Assembly: GCA_964016885.1 (NCBI GenBank)
Contig: OZ024741.1
Span: 315,208,001 to 315,272,000 of the forward strand
DNA from: Eledone cirrhosa
Taxonomy: Eukaryota
Direction: 5' to 3'
Length of the DNA: 64,000 bases
Position numbers and translations under genes: made by a program. The notes below the pieces were generated by a model, which did not search any database, was not told the origin of the DNA, and was given only the letters and a program-made list of their open reading frames with translations. Below, piece after piece: positions 23,474 through 36,264 of the stretch (position 1 is its first letter; every line of letters begins with the position of its first letter).

Positions 23474-26400
23474 GATTTCTTTATTGGCCACAAGGGCTGA
23501 CATCAAGAAAAACATTACAGACGGCACAGGACGGTACAGGACGGTACGATGTGGGTTTTGTGCGCGTAAATTTTGTTATTATTTATATGAGAAAAGAAAA
23601 AGAAAAAAGACATAGAAACATATATATCTGTATATATAGAAAATTAACTATGTGTGTGTGTGTCACATATAGGGGCTTACATCTTAAGACCGATTTTCAT
23701 GAAACTTTATAGGTTCATAGATGACTCATCGGGGAGTGATTTCTATATATAAGCGTATCGCTTTTTTTTTTATTCCAGGGTCATTCTGCAGATAAATTTC
23801 GATAGGGGGGGGGGGGCACCTTTTTTTAGGTATCGAAAAATAAGATTTTTGGCTCTAGCTTCCACATTTTGCCACCGATTTCGTTCAAATTTAAAAGCAA
23901 CATAGAAATTATCATTGCACATCCTGTAATCGCTTTACATTTTGCATTTGTTGTTCAGGGACGGCGTGGCAAATATACTAATTTTGAACTCAACTTTTTC
24001 GGCTCTAGCTCCCACATTAATCAACCTACTTTGTTCAAATTTTACACTGCGTTAGATCTGATTATTTCACGTCTTAAAGTGGCTTTACATTTTGTATCTT
24101 TTGTTCAGGAACGGCGTGGCAGCCGCTGAAATATTTGAAAATACCACCTTTTCACTCAAATTTCCGCCTCTTCGGCTTTAGCTCCCACATTTTTCTAACG
24201 GATTCGTTAAAATTCGAAACTTCGGCTCCACGTCCCACATAAATCAACTTATTTGGTTCAATGTTTATACTACGATAGAACCTATCATTGCACATCTTAT
24301 AGTAGCTTTACACTTTGCATTTTTTGTTCAGGGACGGCGTGGCAGCCATTTAACTCTTCAAATTACGATTTTTTCCCCCTCCCACATATTCTATACGATT
24401 TCACTCAACATTTCGCCATTTGCTACACCTTACGACCGATTTTCAAGAAACTTGCAGTTGCTAAGATCAACACCTTTTCATCAAAACAGATATTATTTTA
24501 CCTACCCAGGCAACGCTGTGTACTGCTGCTAGTAAACAATAAAAATGAAAATTCAAACGATGAAAAATTCCCCAAAAGGGGGGAACCGTCCGAGGGTTAC
24601 TCGTGGCGAAAACCACACAAAAGACCACGACCACCCTGACCACCAGGGCAAGCACCCTCTCTCAATTTTTCCATTCCTCAAACTACAAGCGTATATTCAG
24701 AACGGTCCTGTTCACTCGGACCATTCTCGCTACATTCACCCACCTTTCAACAAACTTGCTAGAAGGCAGCACGTGCCTCTCCACCCTGATTTTCCTCTTC
24801 AAGTGAAAATTAAAAAAGTTAATTAGGGATTCGCCGAAGAGGAAATTGTCTGTCTTTAACCCTTTCAACCTTGTCCACCACACAATCTCTTTCGCCATGG
24901 TCACGAGGCAGATGAAAACCGCTCGTCACCTCGCTCCAGTTTTTCTCCATCTGGAGCTCCGGTCCAAACAAGTCCCCGAGCAATTTAACCGGTCCGTCCG
25001 GCCAACGCCCCACGACGCTGTCGGACGACATGGACTTGCCTCTCCAAGCGCTGAGCTGCAAGCCCACCGACTTTTCCTGGTTTACCTTTGCTCCTGTCAC
25101 CGCTTCGTATTCCTTGAGAGCGGTCCCGAGCATCTGGATGTGCCTGGCGTTCTGCACCACCACGGTGACGTCGATGGCGTAAGCCGACTCGGATTTCCCG
25201 CATCCTCGTTCGCGTGGGACGCCCCTCATCGCCCCCAGCTTGTGCAGTAACGGCTCTAGAGCCTATACGTACAAGAGGGAGGAGAGGGGACAACCCTGGC
25301 TGACCGAGCGTATGATGCTGAACGGCTGCGACAGCTGACCGTTCACCCTCACAACTGAGCAGATGTCGCTGTACATCGCAGCGATCCAACCCCTGAAAAC
25401 AGGCCCGAAACCGGCTGCCTCGAGGACCGCCGACTTACCTTCTGGGTCCAGGAAGATGGGCCATATGGCGAGATCCAAGCCTCCGAAAAAGCACGGCACC
25501 CCCCCCCCCCATCCTGGAATTTTGGGAGATGCGTATACATCGTAGCCACCGAAGATCGATGCGAAGGCTCGTGCTTCAGAGATTCTGGTCTCCCTGATGG
25601 CCACCACATCTATGTTTAGTGACCTGATATCGTTGAGCAGCTGACCCTGCTTCCAAGATGACCCTAGGCCCCGTACATTTATACTGCCTCTTCTAAGTAC
25701 GGCCATGTTGGATGAGAAACGGGGTAAGTGAGAAAGGATCACTTACCTTTATCGTGTGGTGAAGGGACAGTAGAACCGTCCCTTTCGCTGGTCATGGGTG
25801 TTTCCAAGAGGATGTCCGTGTATATCCTCTTGGTAACCGACCCTTTAAAGTCTCCAACTGCGTTGGGGAATTTTTGCTTTAAAAGTTTGTAATATTCTAT
25901 TGAGATTTCTATGATGCTTATGTTTGTCGGGAGAGTTCTTAGTGTTGGTGGGGTGTAGTAGTTTATTTTTCTTTGGGATGTCTGTGTGCTGCTTTATGTG
26001 TTGTATGGGTTCCTTATTTGCCATGTTTATGGCTGTGTATTTTTTTGGGGGAGGGGCGATTTTGTTGCTGTTTTCTTCTTGTTGCTGTTGGGTGTGTGTG
26101 TTTTGTTGTGTTTGCAAAGTTGGTGTTTTGGGTGATGCTGGTGGTGGTGTGTTTGTTGGTGGTAGTGATGCTTGTAGAGGTGGTGATGGTGGTGGTGTTG
26201 CTGCAAGTCTTCTTGCAGACTTTACCCCTCTTTGTCTACCTTCGCTTTTGGAGGGTGAAGCTAAGGGTTTTTTCTTTTTTGTTTTTTTTTGTGGGCGACT
26301 GTTTGCCACTTCCCTCCCGCCTCACACTCCATGTCGGACCCCGCGGTGTCCGGGAGGGGCATAAGCTCCACTGCTGTTGGTGGTGGTAGTGGAGCCAGCT

Positions 26401-27937
26401 CCGGCGTAGCTACTGCGACTGTTGGTATTGCCGCCACTGCTGCCGCTGCTTTAGTTGTCCGTGGCCTTGGTATGGGTGCCACGGACGTTGCCATCCTATT
26501 CACCATGCAAGAGTCTTCTGCCGCTGTTTCCTGCCCTGCTCTTGGTAGCAGCGGATCAGGCGTCGGAAGGAGGTGGGGGGCTCTTCTTGGATGACTTATG
26601 CGGGCAGACGGCCCTGAGGTGACCCTTCTTCCCACAGATATAGCACTTTGGGCGCCTTCCTTCCACGCTTATAGGGAGCTGGAGTCCTTCTTCGGGGTCT
26701 ATGATATCTGGGATGGCCTCGATGCACTCCTGGTCAGTTTGTATTAGCATTTGCATGCTTATTCCTGACTAGTTCTCTCTTCCCATTCTCTGTATTTGCA
26801 GTATGGTGGTCTTCTCCCCGATTCCAGCCAGTACAGATGCGGCCAGCCAAGGTATGAAGACGTCGGGCGGGACCTGGGTCACTTTGACCCTCACAATTTT
26901 CAGCGCGCAGTAGGAGGGCACCAAGACTATCTCCTCACTCTTTAGGGTTTCGAAAGAGTGAGACTTCGCCTCTTGGTGGGTGGCGAAAAGTACGTCTACT
27001 GTGTCGTACTTTTTGCTTCGAGTGATGTGGGTTTTGCGCGTCAAGACGCACCCCAAGGCCTTTTGGATTTGAGCCTCCGTGGCTCTCTCCACCCGATGCG
27101 ACATTTTGCTTACGGTGCGGTAAGTCACCGTGCGCAGTTGCTGCTCTTTGAAGAAATCGGGTGGAGGTTTCAGGGGAAACTCTGTTGTCGTTTCTTGACA
27201 TCATGGTTCTTACGACTGCCATCTCCTCCTCTGTGACTAGCACTGTTTCTATATTTCGAGCCACACCTACGAAAGAAGTGGCCCCTTTTTCAGCGGCACC
27301 ATTATTGCTTCCGCTACTGGTCTTGTTGTTGGTATTGTTGCTGTTGCTACTGCTACAAACGGTGTTTTTGGTGTTGTTGCTGTTATCACTGTTGTAGTTG
27401 GTTGTGTTTTTGGTGCCACCGTTGTTGTTGTTTTCGGTGCAATTTGTATTGTTGCTGTTGGTGTTGTCGCTGTTTATTTTCTTGTTAGTGGTGTCAATAT
27501 CGTTGTTGCATTTATTGTCATTTTTTCTGTTGCATTTGCTGTCATTTTTGTCTGTATTTTGGTTGACGCTGTTATTGTTGTAGTTGGTGTGTTAATTTTT
27601 TCGAAATTAGTGTTCTAAGTGTTGTCTTTGTTCACGTTGTTTGTGGTGGAGTCTGTTGTAACAATGTTTGTAACCCTCCTGTCAACTTTTACGCCGTTGT
27701 CAGACATATTCCTGGGGAGCGTGGCTCAGCCATGTTTTTTTCTTTTTCAACAATTTTTTTAAAAGTAAAATCTTCAAATATATGGGCCAAAAGGACCAAA
27801 TATTATACTTTCCCCTTCACAGGGCAAAGTCTAAGGGCTTATATCCCTTACACAACAAGAAATATTTAACAACAAATGATTTTAACAGGCAAATGAAGCG
27901 ACTTACTAGGAGCGAGCAAAAGACGTCCGATTAGACT
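23474..27937 (-). mobile_element. Tx1-like element, copy D: both ends present, ORF2 with two large internal deletions, Helitron in 3' UTR
   Basis: 3' tail motif at 23474. ORF2 pieces are joined at ~24921 and ~25430. ORF2 ATG at 25706 (MAVLRRGSINVRGL). ORF1 has CYICGKKGHLRAVC. The 5' end abuts a SINE tail. Confidence 0.9.
23627..24532 (+). mobile_element. Non-autonomous Helitron-like element
   Basis: Starts TC and ends CTAG, inserted between A and T with no TSD (empty site in copy B ~16425-16445). Subterminal imperfect hairpin TACCCAGGCAACGCTGTGTA. Internal repeats GTTCAGG(G/A)ACGGCGTGGCA occur three times. Confidence 0.75.
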
Positions 27938-28122
27938 AATAATAATTGTTTCTACTTTTGGCACAAGGCCATCAATTACCCAGTACATTACTGGTACTTT
28001 ATTTTATTGACCCTGTAAGGATGAAAGGCAAAGTTAACCTCGGCGGGATTTGAACTCAGACCGTAAAGGGACGTAACTAAGCTGGAAAGCATGGCGTCCG
28101 ACTCTCTACCGATACTGCCAAT
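27938..28122 (-). mobile_element. tRNA-derived SINE
   Basis: Same family; lies between the 5' end of Tx1 D and the 3' end of Tx1 E. Confidence 0.9.
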
Positions 28123-31100
28123 ATGGTTTCTTTATTGGCCACAATGACTAACATGAAGAAAAACATTACAGACGGCACAGAACGGTACAGAACGATACAA
28201 AATTGGTTTTGGACGTGTAAAAAAGGTTATAACAAGAAGATAAAAATACCAAAGAATTCAAACAACAAAAAAATCCCCGATAGTGGGGAAACTTCCGAGG
28301 GTCACTCGTGGCGAAAACCACACAAAAGACCACGGCCATCCTGACCACCAGGGCAAGCGCTGTCTCTCAGTTTTCCACTCCTCAGTCTACAGGCGCATAC
28401 TCAGAGCGGGCCCGTTCACTCGGACCAGACTCGCCACTTTCACCCTCCTTTCAACAAACTTACAAGAAGACAGCACTTGCCTCTCCACCCTGATTTTCCT
28501 CTTCAAGTGAAATTTGAAAAAGTTAATCAAGGATTTGCCGAAGAGGAAAGTGTCCGTCTTCAAACCTTTCAGCCTTGTCCCCCATACAATCTCTTTCGCC
28601 ATGGCCATCAGGCAGATTAAAACTGCCTGCCCTTCCTCCTCCTTAAAGGAGGACGGCGGGGCTATCTGCACAATGCACTCAGTCGATAACCGGATCCCTC
28701 CTACACGTGACAGCAAATCTTCAACATAGCTCCACAAGTCAGCAATGCTCGGACACTGAACAAGTGCGTGCACAACGATTTCGTCGCTCTATGCGCATCT
28801 CGTACTGGTCCGGCTGACGGCACTTTCGTGCCTGTAGAGCTTATCTCAAACCGGCAACGCTCCCCGGTAGCACTGCCAGGCCACGGATTTCTGGAAGCTG
28901 TCCATAGGCGCCGGGCTGAAAGTTCTCTTGAAGAGAGCGAACAGCTGATCGTCTTCGACGCCCAGGGTGTCCCGAGAACGTCATCACTCTTCCCCTCCAC
29001 TAGTCCTCTATAGAAGGCCGAGGTGTATGTTCCACCGATAATAGTGCCCAGCTGGTAGAAGGCTGTGAGCACTTGGAGACATTCCAGTTCCAAGCACTAT
29101 CCCTCGGTTGTTTCCTGATCCAGGACTGCAGCTCCGTTAATGAAACGAACTGGGGGAAAACATGTCTGGCAAACGGTGACCACACCTGTTCACCGTCAAG
29201 GAAGCACCAGAGATGTCGCAGCCTCAGCGTGTGTTTGCGCATCATCAGCCACGGCATGCCCAACCCTCCACGCAACGGGTGTTGACAGCAAATGGATCGC
29301 CTGACCATGGGAGCACGTCCCTTCCATAAAAGCGGAAGAGGAGGCGCTCCAGTTTTGTCAGAGTTGGGCGGGGGCAAGGCGCAACGGTTAGGCGGTAGCA
29401 GATGACGTATGCAATGAACGCATCCACCACCTCTGCCCGACCTTTGAGGGACAGCTTCCTCTCGGCACATTTCTGGGTGAGAGAGGCCACCCTGTTCGTC
29501 ACCTCGCTCCAGTTTTTCTCCATCTGGAGGTCCGGACCGAACCAGACCCCGAATGATTTAACCGGTCCTTCCGTCAAGCGCCCCACGACGCTGTCGGATG
29601 GCATGGACTTGCCTCTTCAGGTGCCGAGTTGCAAGCTCACCGACCTTTCCTGGTTTAACTTTGCTCCTGTCACTGCTTCATATTCCTCGAGAGCGCTGCC
29701 GAGCATCTGGACATGTCCGGTGTTTGACACCACTACGGTGACGTCGTCGGGGTGAACCGATATGGATCTCCCACATCCCAGTTCGCGTGGGACGTCTCTC
29801 ATCGCCTCCAATTTGTGCAGTAACGGCTCTAGGGCCAATACGTACAAGAGTGACGAGAGGGGACAACCCTGGCGGACCGAGCGCATGATGCTGAACGGCT
29901 GTGACAGATGACCGTTCACCTCGACAACTGAGCAGATGTCGCTGTGCATCGCAGCGATCCAGCCCCTGAAAATGGGCCCGAAACCAGCCGCCCCGAGTAC
30001 CGCAGCCAGGTACCGAAGGTCGACCCTATCAAATTCCTTAGATTGATGTAAGTTGATTAGGGCCCCACACGTGCCGGGTTCCTTAACCGCCCTCTATATG
30101 ATGTATCGCATGAGATGGAGGTTGTCGTGGATGGATCTGTCTGGAATGGCACATGTCTGCGCCTCTCCTACCAGATTACCGATGACAAGCGCCAATCTCG
30201 TTGCTAACACCTTGGCCCAAATCTTGAAGTCTGTGTTTAATAGAGTTATGGGCCTGAAATTGTCTATAACATCCCCTTTGTTCGGATCTTTTCTAAACAG
30301 CGCCACCGCTCCCCTGCTCCACTGCCAGTTGCAGTAGACGTCTGCCAAGATTGGCATGTACGCATAAAGCTCGTAGAGCAGACCATCCAACCCCGGCGAT
30401 TTACCTCTCGTGCAGGCAGACATCGCGTCCCGTATTTCAGCAGCTGTTATCGGCATTTCTCAATACTGCACTGCGGACGTCAAGAGCTGCGGCAGTCCGT
30501 CGAGGTATGCACTGAAGTTCATACTCCGATCTGGCCCGCCGCCGCTCCCAAACATTTGAGCAAAATGTTGTTGAAAAGCCTCACACATCTGCTCGGGTTC
30601 GAGTAACATGTGCCCGTTTTGGTCAGGCAAGGATTGAATTGTGGTTGTGTTGCCAGGTTGCGCCTCGACTACCCGGGCCCATTGGACAGCTTTTGTCCCC
30701 TCTTGTCTCAGAGCACGCGCTCTAGCTCTGACAACTCAACCTTCGTGCTTTGCATTGAAGAATTGGTCGAGTGCCATCTGCCTGCGATGCCTGTCCTAAA
30801 CGCTTCTTCTAGCTTTCTACCTAGCTCTCCTTCTACATTATTTTCCTCTTTCTTTACTCCTTTGCTAAAACTTATTGATTCTACTCTAATTGCTCTTTTC
30901 AGGGTAAACCACCACCTGATGTTGACGATCGCACCTGTCAACGCAAGCTTAACTAATTCGCTTATCCAGTCTCTCTAATCTTTGCGCGCCGGGAAAGTCG
31001 CGTTCAGCTTCCAGTAACCAGGCCCTTACCTATGAAGTCTATCTAAGTCGACTTCACAAATCACAAATTTGTTGTCCGAGTAACCGACTACTTTAAGTTG

Positions 31101-31822
31101 TGGACAACCTACGCTAGCCTTATCAGCTACAAGCCTGAAAGCATTTCCTTCGCTGCCTGTCACGTCCAGTACCACCGACTTACTTCTGGGTCCAGGAAGA
31201 TGGCCCGTTTGGCGAGATCCAAGCCTCTCTGAAAGAGCACAGCTACTCTGCCCCCGCTCCCGGACGGCTGAGAGATGGGTATACATCGTAGCTGCCGAAG
31301 AACGGTGCGAAGACTCGTGCTTCGGAAATTCTGGTCTCGTTGATGGCCACCACATCTATGTTTAGTGACCTGAGATCGTTAAGCAGGTGGCCCTGCTCCC
31401 AAGATGACCCCAGGCCATGTACACCTATACTGCCTATTCTAAGTAAGGCCATGTTGGGTGAGGAATGTAGTAAATGAGAAAGGATCACTTACCCTGATCT
31501 TGTGGGAAAGGGACAGTCGAACCGTCTCTTTCGCTGGTCATAGATGTCTCCAAGATGATGACGGTGTATATCCTCTTGGTTGCGACCCTCTGAAGTCTCC
31601 AACTGCGTTAGGGAATTTTTCTTTTAAATGTTTATATTTTAATTTCAATAATGTTTATATTTTTCGGGAAACTTCTTGTTGTTGGGGTGTAGTCATTTTT
31701 GTCTGTAAAGTCTGTGTGCTGCTTTATATGTTCTAAGAGTTCTTTATTTGCCATGTATATGGCTGTGTAATGTTTTGGGTTGGTTTGGTTATGTTGCTGT
31801 TTTCTTGTTGCTGCTGTTGGGT
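28123..31822 (-). mobile_element. Tx1-like element, copy E (ORF2 largely present but decayed; truncated in ORF1)
   Basis: ORF2 ATG at 31452 (MALLRIGSIG). Motifs KSPGLDGL, FRPITLLNTDFKI, SVRQGCPLS, HPDDV, GGLGMP. 3' tail motif at 28123. Confidence 0.9.
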
Positions 31823-32262
31823 ATATTTATTTTTATTAACTACAAGTGTTGACACAAAGTAAAACATTAAGGACAATACAGGACAATACAGGACAATACA
31901 GGATGTAACAGAAAAAATAAACAATGAAAAATTCCCCAATAGGGGGGAGACTTCCGATGGACATTCGTGGAGAAAGCCCATTAAAAAACCCACGGTGACC
32001 CTGACCAGCAGGGCAAGTGCCCTCTCCCAGTTTTCCACCTTCAATTTACAGGCACATACTCAGAGTAGGCCCATTCACTGGGGCCATGCTTGCCTCTCTC
32101 ACCCATCTTTCAACAAAATGCTGGGAAAAGAGCACTCCCCTCTCTACCCTGATTTTCCTTTTCAAATGAAATTTGAAAAAGTTAAACGCGTCACCACACT
32201 TTCTCTTTCGACATGGCTACCAGACAGATCAAACCTGCCTGCCCATCCCGGCTAAAGGAAGA
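31823..32262 (-). mobile_element. Divergent Tx1-like 3' fragment
   Basis: Similar to the ORF2 C-terminus and 3' UTR of B, D and E (GTGGAGAAAGCCCA, CCCTGACCAGCAGGGCAAG). Confidence 0.75.
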
Positions 32263-32283
32263 GATAACTATAATAATAATAAT

Positions 32284-32362
32284 GGTTTCTTTATTGGCCA
32301 CAAGGGCTAACATGAAGAAAAACATTACAGACGGCACATAACGGTACAGGATGATACAAAAA
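32284..32362 (-). mobile_element. ~80-bp 3'-terminal stub of Tx1-like element
   Basis: Near-identical to 28125-28205; preceded by (AAT)n. Confidence 0.82.
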
Positions 32363-32364
32363 TG

Positions 32365-33120
32365 CTTAACCATGCAGAGAATGCATCACCCTAAGACAGA
32401 TACAGATAGAATATATCTCCCTCGGAAAGAAGGAGGTCGTGGATTAATCTAGTTAGATATTGCTTTGAAAACTGCAACAGTTAGATTATCTACATATCTA
32501 AGGGAGGCATATGATTGGATGATCAAACTCGTTTCGAAACATGAATGCGTCAAAAGATCATACACCATTACAAAAGATGCTCAAAGATACAGTAATGAAC
32601 TACAAATTTCAGAAGTTCCCTTTACTGCTGAAATGATAAACACAGAAAAGGCAAAGCAGGTAAAAGTAACTGCAAAGAAAGAACTGCTGCAGAAACTGAC
32701 TAAGAAATGGCAAGAAAAGCCTCTGTAGGGAAAATACCCAGAAAGAGCTAACAATCCTGATGTTAACAAAACTTTAACACATCAGTGGCTGGCATCCTCT
32801 GGAGTTAAAGACTGATTATATCAACACAAGATCAGTGTCTGACAACAAAAAATGATCAAGCCAACATAATAAAAATAGATTATGACGTGTGTGTAATAAA
32901 CAACCAAAGACCATTGATCATATAATTTCAATGTGCAGTCCTATAGCTCCAACTGAATACCTAATCAGGCACGACAGAGCTGCACAATACATTCACTGAG
33001 TAATATGTAAGCATTTTGACCTGCCCCATCAAAAGAATGGGTGGGAGCATCAACCACCTCCCGTACTTGAAAAAGATCACATCTCAATCTTGTGGTACTT
33101 TAGCATCCGAACAGACCGAA
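32365..33120 (+). mobile_element. R4/Dong-like internal fragment (same family as copy G)
   Basis: Closely matches 59244-60022 (KTATVRLSTYLRE...KKWQEKPL). Confidence 0.88.
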
Positions 33121-33124
33121 ATAA

Positions 33125-35748
33125 GAACTGAGTAGAGAGATTAAGTGGAAAATGGAAAGTGAAGTATGTCAGGCAAATGAGACTTTAAGGAATGAGGATG
33201 AAGAGTTTGAATGACCTAAGGAAGGAACCAAATGCTGAAATAAATAACACCTGGAACAAAGATACGGCCATTGAGAAAATGAATGATGAGACAGGCTAGG
33301 GCAAGATGTTGTTGCTATTCTGAACTTAGTGTTAAATGAAATGAACACTGATCGTGGAAAACATATGAACTTAAGATTTGTAGACAGGAAAAATCTAAAA
33401 GAAACGACAGCTAAGGAAAACAAGGTCGTACCATAACTAGAGGAGGAGAATCTTCGCCAATGCAACAACATCCTCAAAGCAACCGCAAATGTGGTGAAAT
33501 ATTGGGAGCAGGTTGTTGAACATAATAGTCAGGCAGTGTGGATTGAGACAGTTCAAAAGGAGGTTAGTGAACAAGCATACCAACAACCTGATTTGAGTAT
33601 CACGTTTGAAACTCTTAAACAGCGGGCCAATAAACTAACCAAGTGGAAACCACCAGGGGCAAGAGTATTGGACAAAGAATATACGTCCCTCCACCCAAAA
33701 CTGATAGTCATGTTCAATGACTGCTTGGTGTCGGGTGAAGTACCAGAGTGGTTGACAAAATGTACCACAGTTCTGGTAATGAAGGGCTGAATCAAGGTAA
33801 TGATGTTACTAACTATAGGCCTATCACATATCTGTCCGTAATGTGGAAAACTGCTAACAAGAATTGTATCTGGGGAAATCTACTATCACCTGCACATAAA
33901 CAACTTATTGCCAGACGAACAGATAGGTTGCCGAAAGAAGTTCCGTCGTACAAAATATCAGTTACTGACAAAATGGTAATAAGGAACTGCAATAGGAGGC
34001 ATACTGCTTACATGGTTACTCATTCTTGGATAACCAAAAGCCTAGAGATCTTCAAGGTGGCAGATATCAAACAGTTATTAAGTAATAGTAAGAAAACCCG
34101 GGAGACAGAGCTAATATCAGGCGAAGAATGCTTGGGAGGAGTGAAGATCAAGAGTGGTATCTTCCCTTTATTGTTTGTCCTCTACCTCATACCCTTGTCC
34201 CTCATATTGCCAAATGTGAAAAACAGGACACAAGCTACATGGATGATTTAATACACTTTGGGAAAAGCGAGAAGGACTTGGATGCATTTGTTAACACTGT
34301 CCGTATTTTCAGCAATGATATATGTATGGAATTTAGTGTTAATAAGTGTAGATTTCCAGTGATGAAGAGTGGTAAATTGAACAGAAGCAATTGAATTCAG
34401 GTACCAACAGGTGAGATGATAGCGAAAATCGAAACTGAAGAGGGGTACAGCTATTTGGTTTTTCTGGAGGCAGATGACTTCTAAAACAATAAGATGAAGG
34501 AATTGATAAGATCAGAATACATAAGTAGAGTAAGGAACATACTAAAATCACATCTAAATAGTAGGAATGTCATAAGTGCAGTAAATTCCCAAGCTGTGTC
34601 TATTATTACGTATAGTGCGGGAATTCTGAAATGGAATGTTACTGAACAAAACGAAATGAATAGAAAGAAGATTATGACTACCTACAGCATGTTCCACAAG
34701 AGGAGTGATGTTGATATACTCTACTTAGAGAGATCTGAAGGTGGAAAAGGTCTTATCAGCGTAGAGGACTGTGTTCAGATGGAGAAGAGCTATCTGAGAG
34801 TAAGGAGCCGATGCTCAAAGTTGTACGGAAGGAGAAGACAAGAAACTAGGGGATGTACAAGAAGGAAGTAACAACAAAGTCGAAGAGCAACATTCATGAA
34901 AAAGCTCTTCATAGCACCTTTTTCAAGAAAACGGAACTCAGAGATCCATAGACAGGGAGCCGGCTAAAAAGAGGAGACCTTAAAAATGCCACAGAGGTAA
35001 TGATACTGGCTACACAAGAGCAAGTCCTCAGAACGAAGTGGGTGAAATACCATATTGACAAGGAGGAGGCTAGCCCACTCTGTAGGATCTGTGGAGAGAG
35101 AGAAAGGAGACTCTGGCTCACACCGTATCCGATTGTAAACATCTAGCCCAGACTCACTATAAAAATTGGAGGCACGATATAATAGGAAAGTGCATCACTG
35201 GCATTTATGCATACTAAATAATTGTTTCTACTTTTGGCACAAGGCCAGCAATTATCCCAGTGTATTACTGGTACTGTATTTTATCGACCCCGTAAGGATG
35301 AAAGGCAAAGTTAGCCTATGCATACAAAATAATTTACCATATTCCGAGAAGTGGCATGAGCATAAGCCAGAGTCGGTGATAGAAAACGATCGAGTGAAGG
35401 TGCTGTGGCATTTCAGGATTCAGACAGACAGGAAATTGGAACACAATAGGCTTGACCTCGAGGTTTTGACAAGGAAAAGAGATCGTGCCTGATTGTAGAT
35501 GTAGCCTCCTCCTTAGACACAAGAGTACAAGAAGAGGAGGAGGAGGAGAAAATTAACTGATACCAGGATTTAAAGTGGGAATTTAAAAGGATTTGGGACT
35601 GTCATGAGGTCAGAGTCGTCACGATTATCATAGGAGCACTAGGTATTATAGCGAAGCGTTTTTAAAGATGGTTAAAGAACATCAGTCCAGACCCCTTTTC
35701 TGGAACACTTCAAAAATTAAACTTGCTGGGAACAGCAAGAACCCTCCG
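33125..35748 (+). mobile_element. Decayed R4/Dong-like element, family 2, with internal deletions
   Basis: Matches 61810-64000 and the RLE tail at 15721/60552. Motifs YRPITYLSVMWK, YMDDL, WHFRIQTDRKLEHNR. Confidence 0.85.
35223..35316 (-). mobile_element. 5'-truncated SINE with 17-bp TSD
   Basis: TSD TATGCATAC(T/A)AAATAAT at 35206-35222 and 35317-35333. Confidence 0.85.
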
Positions 35749-36198
35749 GTGGATGCCACGAGGGTTTCGGCTGAAGAAAGAGAATAATGTAAATTAACTG
35801 CTTCTTCTATTCTAAAGTTGATTAGGTTAAAGTTATCCTTTTTATTAGCATATTGTTTTCTTGTTGCTTTTTTTTTGTTTTGTTTTTTCTTTGCCCATCG
35901 AATATCAGCTACCAGATGCGTTTAAAATCTCATACGGTCTCCTACTTCGTTGTTGATTTTTGTAACTACTTGATTACGTCTACGTTTTTCATGTAAACAG
36001 TAAAGAGAAATCGGCCCACCAGTGCCGTTTCGGATGGACACCACTAATGAGATTTCCTGATCTTGATTGTACTCATTCGTGTTAGGACATGTTCAGGGGG
36101 AAACCATCAATCTATTGTAGTAGTTTTCTGCGAATTTCAACGCAGGATAGCTACTACAAGTGGATTCCGTAATTCGCCCATTCAAAGGTGTTATATAT

Positions 36199-36264
<66 letters not shown>

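Noticed and set aside
25420-25445. Splicing as the cause of the copy D deletions
   Set aside because: The nearby GTAAGT is retained and the junction lies at a microhomology, not at GT-AG boundaries.
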